A DNA stretch of 63,861 nucleotides, filler included, from Hyphochytrium catenoides (taxonomy: Eukaryota > Protista > Hyphochytriomycota): NCBI GenBank assembly GCA_900088475.1. It is 16 parts of 16 records of this genome, joined end to end, with 100 filler letters (N's around TTAATTAATTAA, not from the genome) between each part and the next. Parts side by side here need not be neighbours in the genome. Positions count along the whole stretch, not along the records: positions 62,347 to 63,861 come from FLMG01000897.1; 15 more parts are not named here. The stretch is one strand, 5' to 3'. Below the pieces are notes generated by a model. That model worked only from the letters and a program-made list of their open reading frames with translations, was not told where the DNA came from and did no database searches. Position numbers and translations under genes: made by a program. Of this stretch, positions 62,669 to 63,861 are shown in pieces (position 1 is the stretch's first letter; each line of letters starts with the position of its first letter).

Positions 62669-63661
62669 GAGGCGAGTTGGTCAAAAGAACTAGACAGTGA
62701 GTGTTGAGAGAGAGAGAAAGAGAAAAAGAGAGAGACAGAGAGAGGCAGGTTGATCAATCTTCGTTCCCACAAGGAACTATAACCGCTCAGACAGGCGGCG
62801 CACCTAATAAGACGGAGAAGAAATTGTTGCAGAATAGAAAGGCGAGAGACGGTGAGAGAGAAAGAGAAAGAGAGAGAAGCGCGAAGAAGGTCACTCTTTC
62901 TATGCCAGGAAGACAACCACCCAATATTTTGTACGTCCATCCTGGGGAGAGAGGTAGCTTTCCTGGGAGTAGAAGACGCGTGGATCACGTTGTTTCCTGT
63001 TGCCATTTCTCTGCGCGGAGAGGATAGAGAGAGAAAGAGAGAGAGAGGATGAGCGCCAATGAGACAGCTGCTGCACAGAGAGAGGAAGAGAAGACTATGG
63101 TCCTTTGAAGAAAGAGGAAAATGGTGTATGAGAGAGACAGAGAGAGAGAGACAGAAGATAGAGAGAGAGAAGAGAGAAGGGGCGAAAGACAGAAGAGAGG
63201 AGCGGCGTTCATGAGAGAGGTGTACAGAGAGAGAGTAAGGGAGAATGCTGCTCTAAAGGAGAGAATGAGCGTGCCGGTTTAGGAAAGAGAGCTTGGGAGT
63301 GAGAGAGTGGACGAAAGAGAGAGAGAAAAAGTCGGGACAAGCTTTCTTTAGTAATCGACAGTGAACTTTTCCTTAGCGGAAGGTCTTCTCTCTCTCACTC
63401 TCTCGTTTTTTTTTTACTCTCTTCCTACTGCTGAGAAAGGCTCGATGGAGGAAAGGGAAAAGAGAAAGAGACCTCTTCTCTTTATCTTATAAATAACTAG
63501 CCGAACCGACGAGTCTCTCTTCCTCCAAATGTCTCTACACGGAGATGATAAGGGTACTACCCGATAGGAAGAGAGAGAGAAAAGAGAGACGATTGCCGGA
63601 AGAGAACCGCAAGGGCCAAAAGCGGAAGGAGGGGGAGGAATGTTGAAGAGCGAGAGAGTGG

Positions 63662-63696
<35 letters not shown>

Positions 63697-63808
63697 AGGC
63701 ACCTAAGAATGCGCAGCGTGGAGGAAGAGAGCGAGAAGTAAAAAGTCTTCATCGCGTCTTCATTTCCGTTCGGATCTACAGTGTCAAGCGAGGATAAAGA
63801 CAGCAGAA

Positions 63809-63846
<38 letters not shown>

Positions 63847-63861
63847 TCAGCTATCTCATGC

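Noticed and set aside
1-63861. Hundreds of ORFs rich in ERER/SLSL
   Set aside because: They are translations of (GA)n/(CT)n microsatellites, which lack stop codons, and are not genes.
1-63861. Species assignment
   Set aside because: Gene content and TTAGGG repeats fit a protist, but nothing in the window is diagnostic without a database search.

Overview
Eukaryotic nuclear DNA, probably a protist, saturated with (GA)n/(CT)n microsatellites and with TTAGGG-type telomeric repeats. The window is not one locus: 15 artificial N44-TTAATTAATTAA-N44-type linkers join about 16 contigs or scaffolds, so gene order across linkers should not be read as real linkage. Most ORFs in the six-frame track are microsatellite artefacts (ER/SL runs). 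Supportable genes are a spliced UBR7-type E3 ligase, a spliced Rdx/SelT-like selenoprotein whose UGA(Sec) codon is split by an intron, a spliced cAMP-receptor-like 7TM GPCR, an RNI-type LRR fragment, an EF-hand fragment and several intronless genes. The intronless genes are an A1 aspartic protease, a secreted tandem disintegrin-repeat protein, two WRKY19-like Cx4C..Cx2H zinc-finger proteins, a P-loop kinase and a DUF4246 protein. Mobile DNA comprises a 5'-truncated LINE bracketed by (TTAGGG)n, Copia and Ty3/Gypsy remnants with fold-back LTR-like ends, a Helitron-like N-terminus and two satellite arrays. The most interesting signals are the hidden selenoprotein, short telomeric repeats at retroelement and fold-back junctions, LTR-head inverted repeats, and introns polarised (GA)n 5' / (CT)n 3'.
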